DNA of 64,000 nt from NCBI GenBank assembly GCA_030264375.1, contig JASCQW010000132.1, positions 122,422,472 through 122,486,471 on the forward strand, read 5' to 3'. This DNA is from Carcharhinus longimanus. Taxonomy: Eukaryota. The notes under the pieces are model-generated. The model ran no database searches and was not told where the DNA came from. It saw nothing but the letters and a program-made list of their open reading frames with translations. The position numbers and the translations under genes are program-made. Shown here piece after piece: positions 63,311-64,000 of the stretch (positions are counted from its first letter, which is position 1; each line of letters opens with the position of its first letter).

Positions 63311-64000
63311 TTAGTAGTTTAGGGCATTCAAGGTTGTAAAAAGCTTTAACTAATTTCTTTAATGGTTACTTATTAAAACAGGCTCCAAATTCCTGCTGCA
63401 ATAGTGTTTGCAATTGGAATAATTGGAAAGCAGTTCTAAGTTACTATTTACATAGGACCAAACTAAGATGATGTAATCAAAGAAATTACAGATCTGAATC
63501 CAGCTACAGAAGCTCATATTGCTAGTTACATGCATGGAATGCCCTTAGGGAAACAGCAGATGTCCATAAATGGAAAGAAAGTAAAAAAAGATTGCAATTA
63601 GATGTCCAAGCTGTCCAAGAGTTAAAATGGCAAGATCAAAGTTTCAAAGATATGTAGCATTACCACTGGGATCTTTATCAAAAACTATAATGACAATTGG
63701 TGATTAAGCAGGATTCTCAGTGAGAGATGTTTTGATAGTTAAGAGCAGTTTGTAAGGAGGGAAATATTTATGAAAAGGAAATAGGGAGCTTTTTTTAAGC
63801 TGTATCTGAATTAATGTGGAAGCAGTGAAGTAAACCCCACATTTTCAAAAAATGATCACTTTTGCATTTGCCACAGCAATGTTTTCATACGATTTAGCTA
63901 ATCTATTTCAGAACCAGCAGGCAGTTTGCATCACCACAAATTCAAAAAAATTAAACAAGAGTTCAGATTAAGCCCAAACATGGATTCACTGCCGCGAGTG

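Overview
Vertebrate genomic DNA, almost certainly a shark (cartilaginous fish): it is saturated with HE1-type V-SINEs, SacSINE/DeuSINE-like SINEs, CR1 LINEs, Penelope-like ends, PIF/Harbinger MITEs and decayed Gypsy elements, in a draft assembly with many N gaps. Two host genes are well supported. (1) A + strand class A GPCR with a single coding exon (21733-22734). It keeps the chemokine-receptor cysteine scaffold but has lost nearly all G-protein activation microswitches, so it is an atypical-chemokine-receptor/ACKR1(Duffy)-like candidate. Upstream lies a duplicated GATA-rich promoter/first-exon module (about 11.3 kb and 14.9 kb). (2) The last three coding exons of a minus-strand single-pass membrane protein with three PPPY motifs (VOPP1/TMEM92/WBP1-like). 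A possible third, small spliced + strand ORF (39924-48225) has an RERR convertase-type site. A Penelope-like end at about 3.7 kb carries an intact minimal hammerhead ribozyme core. Most ORFs in the supplied track are TE debris or noise. TE family names come from motif recognition, not database searches, and TE boundaries are approximate.
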